DNA of 64,000 bases from Candidatus Binatia bacterium (lineage in GTDB: Bacteria; Desulfobacterota; Binatia; UBA9968; CAXXLF01). The stretch is taken from NCBI GenBank assembly GCA_963664015.2, contig CAXXLF010000002.1, forward strand, positions 2,048,001-2,112,000. The letters are read 5' to 3'. The notes under the pieces are model-generated. The model was not told the DNA's origin, made no database searches, and worked only from the letters and a program-made list of their open reading frames with translations. Each line of letters starts with the position of its first letter. Position 1 is the first letter of the stretch. This document shows, piece after piece, positions 54,004-64,000 of the stretch. The translations under genes were made by a program, and so were the position numbers.

Positions 54004-54855
54004 ATGTCTCTGAAGATCAGAAGGGATGTCATAACTCTCTCATCCCTGTTTCTTACTGTATCCCTGGCCCGAGCAGACGTAACACTGGACGTCGAGTTTG
54101 GCTTTCATCGCCTTTTCAAGCTGGGGCATCCCTTTCCTCTGTCGGTTGTTATTACCAATCCTGGAAGCCCGCTCGAGGGAGAGCTCCAGGTAGAGATATG
54201 GAAAGGGGGCGCTGCCAAAGTGATGGCTCCGTACCCATTTTTTCATCGGAAAGAGATCTTTCTCGCCGCCCGCTCTCAGAGAAAAATACCGTTCACTGTT
54301 CATCCTGACTCTATGGCTCGCCACCTGAAGGTTACCTTCACTGGGCTTGACGTGGAGGTGACCCGGGAGTTCGATTTGCGGGGGCATTTTCCCCCTTCAC
54401 CGTTAATCTTGTTAGCGATCAGCAGTTCCACACTCCTGGCCGTACCGTTGGCCGGTAAGTCGCAGGCCCCTGTCGTTACTCTGTCTGCTGATGAGCTGCC
54501 TTCAGACACTAGGGCCTATCAAGAGGTATGGGCCGTTGTTCTCTACGAGCAGTCTTTGCTAGGTCTTTCCGATCTCCAACGTCGGGCCCTTGAGAGTTGG
54601 ATCTACAGTGGCGGCGGATTCGTGGTCCTCGGAGGCCTGCATTACGCTCTCTATCAGGAGGCGTCTCTCGCGGCACTCCTGCCGATCCGGGTGGTCGGAC
54701 TCAAGGAAGTGGCCGATCTACCGAATTTGAAACGGCACTACGGTCGTGATTTATCCCAGACGGGAAACCTCTGGGTACAGGATGCAAAGGTCACGGAGGG
54801 AGAGGTTCTTATCGCAGAAGGAGGGAGTCCTATCCTGGCGATGGTCAGTCGAGGA
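54004..54855 (+). pseudogene. Exported hypothetical protein with a GATase-like domain, truncated
   Basis: Signal peptide, QRRALESWIYSGGGFVVLGG, LLPIRV; runs into the transposase remnant at VSRG. Confidence 0.55.
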
Positions 54856-55202
54856 CCAAAGGGTTTTGGGAGAAGAAGGATTTGTGGAGGAGCTAAGCCG
54901 GGGAATTGAGGAGCAACAAGAAGGAGGTAAAAAGGCGCCGTTTGAGCAGGCGATTAGAGAATTGGCGAAGCAATTAGGGACGACGTCAGTGGAATTGATA
55001 GGTCGGGACCGCCGATGGACAGTTACTAGAAAACGGGCATCGGCGATTGCCCTATTGGTCCGAGAGTATGGTTACAAGGTAACTGAAGTCGCAAAGTTGT
55101 AAAGCCGTGATCAGGCAAACGTTAGCCTTACGTTGTCACGGTGGGCTGAGAGGGTGGCGAAGCAAACTCCGAAACATTGATAAGATTGTAATGTCTGACC
55201 CC
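54848..55202 (+). mobile_element. C-terminal remnant of a REP-associated tyrosine transposase (RAYT/Y1, HTH-tailed type) with its right flank
   Basis: VEDQRVLGEEGFVEEL...RKRASAIALLVREYGYKVTEVAKL*SRDQANVS, then AATGTCTGACCCC. HUH domain absent, so the call rests on recall of the C-terminal pattern. Confidence 0.65.
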
Positions 55203-55204
55203 AA

Positions 55205-55330
55205 TTTCACATGGTAGATCTCCCAGCCGGAAGAATGCGGTCCACTGACCTCCCACTGTTTACTAATTCCATCCGACGTCAGGATAAACGCGCCCTTCCG
55301 TGTCCCAACCAGTACTCGTACCTTACTCAT
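55205..55330 (-). pseudogene. N-terminal stub of a BNR/sialidase-like beta-propeller protein
   Basis: [21 protein letters not shown]...[15 protein letters not shown], cut at the mobile-element flank. Confidence 0.65.
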
Positions 55331-55638
55331 ATGTTATTTCTTTTCCAATCCCGCGCTGGTTTTTGCAAAATCCATCTTCACCATAATTAGCTTTTGTTTC
55401 GATAAATTGATAAGGGAATGTACTTTTAGGAACTTTTTATTGATTCTTTTCGTTATTTTTCTTTAAATGCTCCTAAGACTTCTATTTATACGCAGTTCAA
55501 TGTCTTGGAACAAGTATCGACCCCGTGTGGCTTTCAACCTTTGTGAGATGAGAGAATCGGGGTCTGCTACTGCTTTTTTTCGTTCAACGCGGGTCATGGT
55601 TATGATGAAGGCACGGCGACATGGAAGGAGAAAGAGAG

Positions 55639-56963
55639 ATGTCTGAGACATTGGATCAACTGATTGTGCGGGCCAATTCGGTTTTGGAAGGGAATTGGCT
55701 AGGTCAATCGACCAAGCCGTCGCCACACCTCTATCCCCATCAGTGGAATTGGGATACAGGGTTCATCGCCATTGGATACGCGCGCTACGATCAGGGCCGC
55801 GCACAGCAGGAGCTCTCCTCGCTCTTTGCCGCTCAATGGGGCAATGGGATGCTTCCTCAAATTGTTTTCAACTCGGAAGCCCTAGAGGGCTATTTCCCCG
55901 AGCCCGACTTCTGGCAAGGGGAGCGTTCCGTTCATTATCCCAAAAACGTGCTCACCTCGGGGATTACCATGCCTCCGGTCCATGCCATGGCTGCTCTTCG
56001 CGTCTTGTATCATGCAACTGACGAAAATGGTGCTTGAGAATGGTTGAAAAATCTTTACCCCAACATTTTGAAATTGCACGAGTATTTTTACCGGGATCGA
56101 GATCCAGACAGAGAAGGTCTCGTTTGTATTCGTCACCCGTGGGAGTCGGGCTTGGACAACGCCCCGACCTGTGACCCTCCCTTGAGTGCCATGAAGGTCG
56201 ACAAAAGGCACTACCGCCTTACCAGTGGTAGGACTTAAATAAGGGCATTCCAAAATCCCAACGACCATCGGATGACGACTACGACCGGTATGTGTTCCTG
56301 GTAGATCTTTCCAGAAGGTTGAACTACGACGAAGCGGCCATCTACGAGAAGTCCCCATTCCTGATACAAGACCCGCTGCTGAACAGCATTCTCTGCAAGA
56401 GCAACGAGAACCTAACCGAGATTGGGAAGACCTTGGGAAAAGATACTGGCCAGATCCAGGAATGGTATGATCAGACAACGAAGCCCCTGCGGGGTAAGCT
56501 CTGGCACGCTGACCATGGAGGGTCTGACGTTTTTGATCTACGCGCCGGGGAGCCCATCGGGACATTGACTGCAGCTGGATTTATGCCCCTGCTTTGCGGG
56601 GGCCCCAGTGCTGCACAGGCCAAGGTCATGTACAAATATATTGAGTCCCGGGCCTTTTGCCGTATGGATGATCACCGCTGTTTTTCAATTCCCAACTATA
56701 ACCTGGACGGCGATTCCCTGGACACCTCCAATTATTGGAGGGGGCCGGTTTGGATCAACACCAATTGCTTGTTGTTGCAAGGCTTACGCCGATATGGATT
56801 TCACGAGAAGGCGGAAAGCGTGCGCCGCGACATGATCACGCTAATCGAACGCTGCGGGTTTCCCGAGTACTTCGACCCCTATAAAGGTTCAGGCTACGGT
56901 ACCGATAACTCTTCATGGACCGCGGCACTCTTTCTCGATGTCGCCCTTGAGGAAGTCAAGTGA
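55639..56963 (+). pseudogene. GH63-like glycoside hydrolase (mannosyl/glucosylglycerate hydrolase type), disrupted
   Basis: LYPHQWNWDTGF, TSGITMPPVH, HPWESGLDN, YWRGPVWIN, EYFDP, SWTAAL; TGA at 56035-56037 and a frameshift near 56210. Confidence 0.85.
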
Positions 56964-56984
56964 CATCTTAGCTGGACGGCTGAA

Positions 56985-58187
56985 CTAGTTGTCAGCATTC
57001 CGTGGGGGCTTCTCTCGGTGCAAACCGGTTGTGAGTATTACCAGGATGGCGATGAGCGGTGACAACGCCGAAAACCCGAAGGTCGTGGGTAGGCTGAACC
57101 TCTGGGCGATAAAGCCCAACACCAGCGGACCCGTGGCGTGCCCGAGGTCGTAGAGGACCAGGTTGGTGGCGTTGGCGGAACCCCAACGGTTGCGCGGCAC
57201 ACGGTCGAGGATCATGGCGCGTATGGCCGGTTGTGCCGTACCGAATCCGACCGCCCAAAAAAACGCTGCCAGCGGCAGTGTCCATATACTCTCAGTGAAA
57301 GCGAGGGTCAGCGCAGCCAACGTAACAGCGATGAGACCGGGAATTAAAAGCATACCGCGTCGCGGCAGCCGGTCGCTTAGACGACCCATGACAGGGCGCA
57401 TGATCATGAGCATCAATGCAATGGCGACGAAGAAAACGATGGCACTGCCAATATTGCGCTCTTTCGCGTCGATGGGAACGAAGGTGATCATACCGCTCAC
57501 GACGAAATTCATCAGTGCACTGATGCAAGCGGGAACAAGGGCACGGGGTTCGATGAGTCCCCTGACCGACCAGGTCCGGGCTCCTGCCGTAGGCACATAA
57601 GGACTCTGCACCCTTGAGGCGACGGCTAACCCTGCGAGGGCCAGTACCGTAGATAGGCCAAAGGAGGCCCCAAATCCGATATCCTCTGCAAGGTAGAGCC
57701 CCATGGCTGGCCCGATGGCGATTCCAAGGTTACGGATCGTGCTCGAATACCCTAGACCCTCGCCACGACGGGACGCCGGGATCAGTTCCGACGTAATCGT
57801 GTCGGTTGCAGGGGGTAGCCCACTCCATCCAATACCCTGCAGAATTCGGACGCCAATTAGTGCTGAAATAGTCAGACCCACCGGCAGGACGGCTCCACCC
57901 ACTGCAAACAGGGCGATGGAAGTTATGAGGACAGTTTTGCGGCCGAGTGTATCCATCGCCAGGCCCGACAGGGGCCGCAGGATAATGGCAGTGAACACGA
58001 ACACGCTAGCCACGATTCCTACCATGGATTTGTTACCGCCTACGGAAGCTACGTATAGAGAAATGACCGGTCTCAGCATCTGAGAGCTGGCGAAGACTAC
58101 GAAATCAGTGGCCAGGATCTGTAAAAGCGCTGAGGTCCAGAGGGGCTGCTGAATTTTGGAGGTGGGGGTCGTGTTCAAGTTGCTCAT
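56985..58187 (-). CDS. MFS transporter
   Basis: About 12 TM helices, GLAMDTLGRK, RILQGIG, PASRRGEGLG, GRLSDR. Confidence 0.9.
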   Translation of the reverse strand: MSNLNTTPTSKIQQPLWTSALLQILATDFVVFASSQMLRPVISLYVASVGGNKSMVGIVASVFVFTAIILRPLSGLAMDTLGRKTVLITSIALFAVGGAVLPVGLTISALIGVRILQGIGWSGLPPATDTITSELIPASRRGEGLGYSSTIRNLGIAIGPAMGLYLAEDIGFGASFGLSTVLALAGLAVASRVQSPYVPTAGARTWSVRGLIEPRALVPACISALMNFVVSGMITFVPIDAKERNIGSAIVFFVAIALMLMIMRPVMGRLSDRLPRRGMLLIPGLIAVTLAALTLAFTESIWTLPLAAFFWAVGFGTAQPAIRAMILDRVPRNRWGSANATNLVLYDLGHATGPLVLGFIAQRFSLPTTFGFSALSPLIAILVILTTGLHREKPPRNADN

Positions 58188-58549
58188 ATATCCAGTATAA
58201 CCGGACTGTATCAACCAATCGTCTATCTCTGTTCGGGTCGATTTAGGTTTACATTGAGATGGAACGAAAGGGAATACCTACACACAATACCATTCCTACT
58301 ATCATTCAATCTCCTACCTTCGCGGCATTGGAACTGTTAGCCGATTTAGCGAAGGTTCCTCTGACCTATTGCTCTTCGTTGCTGTTCTGCCACTGAGACG
58401 GGTTCGTCACCGATGAACCCAATGATCAACTGGCTTGCGGAATAAAAAGGGGGTAACTCTTTTTGTCGACCATTTGCCGCTTAGCCTCGCTCACCCTACT
58501 GTGGACCCATTGGATGGGATGGTGCCTTTGTTCGTAAATCGAGATTTTC

Positions 58550-58712
58550 CATAGCTTCGCATCGGAAAAGTCAGCCAGAGTAAGCTCCTTACTGACGAGG
58601 TACGGTTGACTCCACAGGTGCCCGTTGAAAATGCCCACTAAGCCGTGAAACAGCCCTTCGCCTGTTTATATCTCGCTTAGGTCTGGACCCCTAACTTTAA
58701 TGATACGATAGG
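58550..58712 (-). pseudogene. Fragment resembling a glutathione S-transferase C-terminal domain
   Basis: RIIKVRGPDLSEI*TGEGLFHGLVGIFNGHLWSQPYLVSKELTLADFS; TLAD N-capping motif. Confidence 0.4.
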
Positions 58713-58836
58713 ACAGTCAAAGGGGGAGCCCATAAAAAATGTGACGGTGGGAACCTTTCTCCCCTGGGCGCTGTTTAGTTATTCTGAAGGTCATATGAGG
58801 TCCCATAAGTCGTAGTCAATTTTAAGGAGGGTTTCT

Positions 58837-59124
58837 ATGAAAAATAAAGTTTTGGGGTCTTTAGTTCTGTTAGCGGTTCTTACGGTCCCTACTCAAGTCA
58901 TCGTAGCCCAACATGCGTCGAATGAGTTACGAAAAACTCAGGCGGCACTTACCGCTTGCAACGCAATGCTTGGCAATACCATAGCGAAAGTGATGTCTGC
59001 GATGCCTAAATTGAAGCCTGAGCAGCAGAAGCAAGTGAGGCAGTGGGTTCAATCGCTTGAAAGCGAAGTTAGGGCGCTCGATGACTGGGTCAGTGACCTC
59101 GACAGCGCAATCGACAAGAATTGA
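58837..59124 (+). CDS. Small exported helical hypothetical protein
   Basis: TAAGGAGG RBS, signal peptide, amphipathic helices, hairpin at 59159-59196 downstream. Confidence 0.7.
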   Translation: MKNKVLGSLVLLAVLTVPTQVIVAQHASNELRKTQAALTACNAMLGNTIAKVMSAMPKLKPEQQKQVRQWVQSLESEVRALDDWVSDLDSAIDKN

Positions 59125-59323
59125 TCGTGAATTAAAGTAGCGACCTTGTGGTAGCCTTAGGGGATGGCGAGCCTTACAACAGGTTCCCCGTCCCCTCCAT
59201 CCTGGCTCACCATGGTAGGGTTGTTGGCCTTTAACCGTTATAGGACCCGATGCTTGAGATATATCCCAGGTGAATTCATTGATCTACGAGCCTGAATGTT
59301 GAGAAGGAAGAAGCATCCGGCCC

Positions 59324-60118
59324 ATGCAGAAGACGTCTCTTCGGATATTTTGGTTCATTTCAGTAACATTCTTTCTGGTAATCCATTCCCCCCGAGTTGG
59401 CTTCACGCAAAACAGTGATGAATTCAAAGAAGTGCAAAAGGAGTGAGAAATCATCCGAAAAGAAATCGAAGCGCTCAAAGGAGGCCAGACTACACTCGGG
59501 CAGGATCACGAAACGTTACGACAAGAGATAAGAAGTTCTGACGCGGTTGTCCTGAATTATAGAGATGATCGCGTTAAGGGAAATAAAGAGGCTAAGGTAA
59601 CGATCATCGAGTTCTCTGACTATGGGTGACCGTTTTGTACCCGCCATGTCCGTGAGACATGGCCACGGATCGAGAAGGACTACGTTAGGAATGGGAAGGT
59701 TAAATACATTGGGATGGACTTTCCGCTGGCATTTCACAAGGATGCCTTTAAAGCCCATGAGGCTGCCAATTGCGCGGGCGAGCAGATGAAATACCGGGAA
59801 AGGCACAATCGAATCTACACTAAAAAGGGCTTGACCGCTCCCCAATGCAATGATTTATTGGGGCACGCTGCAGCAATTGGGTTAGACTTTCTTACCTTCA
59901 AGCAATGCGTCGATAGAGGACGAGGGGCTGCTGAAATCCATAAAGACATCGAGGATGGGGAAGCGGCCGGGGGTAAGGCGACCCCTCCCTCTTCCTTAGG
60001 GCTCACGAAGCCGAACGATTCGACTCTGGTGGTTCTCAAGGCATTGGAAGGATCCTTGCCCCATTCTACTTTTAAGGAAGTCTTTGAGGAACTGCTCCGT
60101 GCGGCCCCCCGGAAATAG
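59324..60118 (+). pseudogene. DsbA-like thiol-disulfide oxidoreductase with UxxC (putative selenocysteine), probably decaying
   Basis: Single frame: signal peptide, TGA 59444-59446, KGNKEAKVTIIEFSDYG-TGA(59627)-PFC, MDFPLAFH, AHEAANCAGEQ. Confidence 0.75.
59644..59662 (+). other. Bacterial SECIS-like hairpin
   Basis: CCATGTC-CGTGA-GACATGG; loop begins 21 nt after the UGA, with G at loop position 2. Confidence 0.65.
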
Positions 60119-60314
60119 GCAACGGACACTGGGCCTGTGGAGCAGTCATCGGCCATGAGGAACATGTCGGAAACGCACCATTAGGGGTCGTCGGACCTTG
60201 TGGCGGTTGCTCATTAGCTTGCTGCCCCAAAATCTGTCGACTAAACCCCTGAGCTTTCGGAAGACAAAACTTGCAAGAAGATCTCAAACGCCCAGCTGAT
60301 AGGTTCGCTCTTAC

Positions 60315-60824
60315 ATGGCGATGCCCATGTTTAATGAAGTGCCCGTTGGCTCGCTATCGACAGTGCGAATTAATAAAATCCGATCCAGGTGGGGCCTTAT
60401 CCCTGTGCTATTTTTATTCTGCATCGTTTCGTGTAGCACTAAGAATAACATTCTGAAAATAAACTTCCTGAACCATTTCAGTCTCGCGCTACACATTCAC
60501 CCTACTCTGGAGATTGCGATTCTCAGTGAAAAACGGGTTATCCCGGCCAATATCGGAATATCAAATAGAGGTTTGCGGGTCATCCATGCCCATCACCCGG
60601 ATGGCGTGGTTCACGCGGGGTCACCTGTGCCGCACCAATTTGTGCTGGCGGATTTCTTTGCTATTTGGGGTAAGACGTTGACGCGTGAGTGCGTCTTTGA
60701 GTACTGTGTTGACGGTGATCATGTTCTCGAGATGCTCGTAAAGGACGAGCGATCAGATTTGTTTGGGACCCTTCCCTTGAGGGAGCAAGACCGAATAAAA
60801 ATCGTTTATCGAAAAAAACAATAA
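60315..60824 (+). CDS. Hypothetical His-motif protein, possibly exported and metal-binding
   Basis: Hydrophobic segment with IVSC, LHIHPTLEI, IPANIGI, IHAHHPDGVVH, LADFFAIWG. Start uncertain. Confidence 0.6.
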   Translation: MAMPMFNEVPVGSLSTVRINKIRSRWGLIPVLFLFCIVSCSTKNNILKINFLNHFSLALHIHPTLEIAILSEKRVIPANIGISNRGLRVIHAHHPDGVVHAGSPVPHQFVLADFFAIWGKTLTRECVFEYCVDGDHVLEMLVKDERSDLFGTLPLREQDRIKIVYRKKQ

Positions 60825-60977
60825 GGGGTTTACACGTTCGACGCTTAGTTTAGGTAGGACGAATATTCCCTCAAGATTAGGACCTATCTTAAAGGTCGCG
60901 TCGTGGGATTATTGACCGCAGCGGTCCTGTGTCTGCTTACCATTACAAAGGTCTTCTCCGATTAACATGGGCCACCT

Positions 60978-61454
60978 GTGACCTCCGGTGAGGATCTTTT
61001 TGAGCGGCTAAAGATCGTAAAGGAAGCGACTCGTGTGGCCTCGCCGGATTTCACCTTGAAGGGTATTGATGGGAAGCCTGTGACGCTTGGAGAGTTTAAA
61101 GGTAAGGTCGTCTTTATCAATTTTTGGGCGACTTGGTGTCCGCCCTGTGTTATCGAGATGCCCCAGATGGGAATGGTCAATCGGGAATTCCATAGCAAGG
61201 GCCTGGTTATTCTGGCGGTCAATTATCGCGAAGGCGTCAAGAACGTCAAAGCTTTTGTTGAGTCTCATAAACTTATTTTCAGAAACCTTTTGGAACCCAG
61301 AGGGACGGTCTCCAGTCTCTACATGGCCTGGGCCCTGCCGGTCACGGTTATTGTCAATAAGAGAGGGGGAAAGGTCGGACTGGTTATCGGTTATCAGGAT
61401 TGGGACACTCCGGAGCCCAGGGCGTTTGTCCGTCAATTGTTAGAGGAGCAATAA
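60978..61454 (+). CDS. TlpA/ResA-like thioredoxin; its signal region is cut off by an in-frame TAA
   Basis: SPDFTLK, NFWATWCPPCVIEMP, ALPVT. In-frame upstream GRVVGLLTAAVLCLLTITKVFSD ends at TAA 60963-60965. Confidence 0.8.
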   Translation: MTSGEDLFERLKIVKEATRVASPDFTLKGIDGKPVTLGEFKGKVVFINFWATWCPPCVIEMPQMGMVNREFHSKGLVILAVNYREGVKNVKAFVESHKLIFRNLLEPRGTVSSLYMAWALPVTVIVNKRGGKVGLVIGYQDWDTPEPRAFVRQLLEEQ

Positions 61455-61493
61455 CAGATTTCGAGACGGTAAAGTCGCTACTTCGGATTTATT

Positions 61494-62327
61494 TTAACGA
61501 AAGACTTGGTTTAAGCTTTCCATCAGGTCGCCCGGTAGCCTCCAGCCGGATGCGTGGCAGTTTTCCACCACACGCTCGACTCGGTCGGATTTGGGAATGG
61601 AAACAACCGAAGGACGTGCGTTGCACCAGTTCAAGGCCACCTGGGCCATGGTCTTTCCGGTATCCTTGGCAATCTTCTGAAGCTCGCCCATGGCTCGTCT
61701 GTTCTTGATCATTGGCTTCGTTGCGAGCCGCCCACGGGCCAGTGGGCTGTACGCAATGACGGTGATGCGGTTTTGCTCGCAGTAGGGTATTAAGTCTTCT
61801 TTGATCTCCCGGTCCAGCAGGCTGTACTCGACCTGATTGGCGGCGATTGAATATCGATCCATGGAGTGCTGAGCCTCTCGTAACTCTTCGACGGAAAAAT
61901 TGCTAACCCCGATGAACCTCACCTTGCCCTGATCGACGAGTGCCTCCATAGCCCCCATGGTCTCGCCAATGGGAATCCTGGGATTGGGCCAGTGGAGTTG
62001 ATAGAGGTCGATGGTATCAGTCTCCAGCCGCTTGAGGCTCTTTTCTGCGGCCTTTATGACGTCGTTGCGTCGAAGGTTGTTTCCGGAGACCTTGGTGGCG
62101 ATAAAGACCGTATCACGCTGTCCCTTCACCGCCTTGCCGACCCATCCCTCGGTGCCGTACATCTCCGCCGTGTCGATGAAACAGGCCCCGAGGGATATGC
62201 CTTTTCTTAACGGTTCCGTACCGCCGCCGTATTGCCATGTCCCGAGTCCGATTTCGGGCAGCTTGATTCCCGTTGAACTAAGCTCCTTGAGAACTATGGG
62301 GGGGCTATTCACTGATGTGGGTTTCAA
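61494..62327 (-). CDS. Aldo/keto reductase
   Basis: IGLGTWQ, IDTAEMYG, IDLYQLHWP, IGVSNF, AYSPL. Confidence 0.92.
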   Translation of the reverse strand: MKPTSVNSPPIVLKELSSTGIKLPEIGLGTWQYGGGTEPLRKGISLGACFIDTAEMYGTEGWVGKAVKGQRDTVFIATKVSGNNLRRNDVIKAAEKSLKRLETDTIDLYQLHWPNPRIPIGETMGAMEALVDQGKVRFIGVSNFSVEELREAQHSMDRYSIAANQVEYSLLDREIKEDLIPYCEQNRITVIAYSPLARGRLATKPMIKNRRAMGELQKIAKDTGKTMAQVALNWCNARPSVVSIPKSDRVERVVENCHASGWRLPGDLMESLNQVFR

Positions 62328-62332
62328 GCAGA

Positions 62333-64000
62333 CTAGGGGGCGGCCGTATCATCCCCAGTGATACGCTGGGAGTTGCCCTTGAGATATTCCCCCAAATAAC
62401 GGGCCGTGTGGGACAGATTGCCGTCCTTGGCTACCTTCAAGGGGGACCCGCAGGCAACCACGTTGCCGCCGCCTTTTCCCCCCTCAGGACCCAAGTCCAC
62501 CAGGTGGTCAGCTTCCTTGATGATCTCTAGGTTATGCTCGATGGTGATGACCGTGTTGCCTGCTTCCACTAGCCGGTGCAGGATCTCGATGAGCTTTTCC
62601 ACATCCACGAAATGAAGCCCGGTGGTGGGTTCGTCCAAAACGTAGAGGGTTTTTCCGTGGGAATTCTTACCGAGTTCGTAGGCGAGTTTGATTCGCTGGG
62701 CCTCGCCGCCGGACAGCGTATTGCTTGCCTGGCCGAGGGTCATGTATCCCATCCCGACCTCTTGCAATACCTGGAGGGGACGGTGGATGCGGGGGAAGGC
62801 GGGAAAGAACTCGACGGCCTCTTCCACGGTCATGTCGAAGACCTGAGCGATGTTCCTCCCGTTGAATTGGACCGCAAGGGTCTCCTCATTGAAGCGGTTT
62901 CCCCCGCAGGTCTCACACTCGATAAAGACGTCCGGAAGAAAGCTCATCTCCTTTTTGATCTTACCCTGGCCGGCGCATTCCTCACACCTCCCGCCGCGGA
63001 CGTTGAAGGAGAATCGGCTAGTGGTATAGCCGCGGACCCGGGCCTCGGGAGTGAGAGAAAATATCTTTCGAATTTCGTCGAGGCAGCCCACGTATGAAGC
63101 CGGGACTGAGCGAGGGGTTTTTCCGATGGGGCTCTGATCGACTTCAACCACTCGTTGCAGTTGTTCCCATCCGGTGATCTTGCGGTGTTGGCCCGGCCGG
63201 CCGGCGAGTTGGCCTAGGTTCCACTTGAGGCCTTTGTATAAGACCTCCTTGATCAGGGTACTCTTGCCCGAGCCCGAAACCCCTGTTACACAACTCCAGG
63301 CCCCAAGGGGAAAGGGGACATCGATGTTCTTCAAGTTGTTGGCCTTGGCCCCATGAACGGTAAGGGTGGGGTCCCCGTTGGTAAGCCGCTCGGGCCAGTG
63401 CCGCTTCTTTACCGATTTGAGGAACGAGCCGGTCAATGAGTCCGGATTGTCCATGATCTCCGCTGGCGTTCCCATAGCTACGACCGTGCCCCCATGGATC
63501 CCTGCGCCGGGTCCTAAATCGACGACGAGTTCTGCTGAACGGATGGTGTCCTCGTCGTGCTCAACGACCAGGACCGTATTTCCTACCTGCACCAGCCGTT
63601 TCAGGGTGGTGAGTAGCTTACCGTTGTCGTGGGCATGGAGCCCGATAGTGGGTTCGTCGAGGATATAGCAAACACCACGCAGATTGGATCCCAACTGGGC
63701 GGCGAGGCGGACACGCTGCGCTTCTCCCCCTGAAAGCGTGTCTGAGCGGCGATTCAGCGTCAGATAGGTGAGACCCACTTCGTGGAGAAACTTGAGCCGA
63801 TGATGGATCTCCCCAAGGACTTTTTCAGTAACGGCCTGATCCCGATCGGAACGCTGTTTCGTCCCATTGGCCGCACCATCCAAGGAGTGGAAGTAGTCTA
63901 TCCCTTCTCCGACCGAAAGGGCCGTTACCTGCGAAATGGACTTGCCGTTGAACTTGACGGCTTGCGCGCGTCGATTCAGCCTCGTGCCGTTACAGGCGGC
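62333..64000 (-). CDS. uvrA: Excinuclease ABC subunit A (5' part outside the window)
   Basis: Frame open to the window edge (AACNGTRLN); LSGGEAQR twice, GVSGSGKST, FSFNVRGGRCEEC, LDEPTTGLH. Confidence 0.95.
   Translation of the reverse strand, partial: AACNGTRLNRRAQAVKFNGKSISQVTALSVGEGIDYFHSLDGAANGTKQRSDRDQAVTEKVLGEIHHRLKFLHEVGLTYLTLNRRSDTLSGGEAQRVRLAAQLGSNLRGVCYILDEPTIGLHAHDNGKLLTTLKRLVQVGNTVLVVEHDEDTIRSAELVVDLGPGAGIHGGTVVAMGTPAEIMDNPDSLTGSFLKSVKKRHWPERLTNGDPTLTVHGAKANNLKNIDVPFPLGAWSCVTGVSGSGKSTLIKEVLYKGLKWNLGQLAGRPGQHRKITGWEQLQRVVEVDQSPIGKTPRSVPASYVGCLDEIRKIFSLTPEARVRGYTTSRFSFNVRGGRCEECAGQGKIKKEMSFLPDVFIECETCGGNRFNEETLAVQFNGRNIAQVFDMTVEEAVEFFPAFPRIHRPLQVLQEVGMGYMTLGQASNTLSGGEAQRIKLAYELGKNSHGKTLYVLDEPTTGLHFVDVEKLIEILHRLVEAGNTVITIEHNLEIIKEADHLVDLGPEGGKGGGNVVACGSPLKVAKDGNLSHTARYLGEYLKGNSQRITGDDTAAP

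Noticed and set aside
56035-56037. In-frame TGA in the GH63 gene as selenocysteine
   Set aside because: Not a Cys motif position, no clear SECIS, and the gene has further lesions.

Overview
A 64-kb stretch of a bacterial chromosome, GC-rich in coding regions. Gene content resembles Deltaproteobacteria-like Candidatus Binatia (inference only). Intact loci: bamD (partial), a porin, anmK/amgK/murU peptidoglycan recycling genes, a two-subunit NAD synthetase, rsmI, modABC, an urtABCDE-ureDABCFG urea uptake/urease operon with a sigma54 promoter and NtrC-like site (no ureE), acyP, ligA, a TPR/LolB-like pair with an Opp/Dpp-type ABC operon, greA, an MFS permease, an aldo/keto reductase and uvrA (partial). 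Interleaved are about 15 decayed genes, several apparently broken by deletions between short direct repeats. The least expected signals are (i) several families of intergenic heptamer/nonamer and palindromic elements that recur across the window and carry smaller palindromes nested inside them, together with a RAYT-like transposase remnant, and (ii) a DsbA-like gene with an in-frame TGA at the first Cys of its CxxC motif followed by a SECIS-like hairpin. No rRNA, tRNA, CRISPR array or prophage was recognised. All assignments are by eye; no searches were run.
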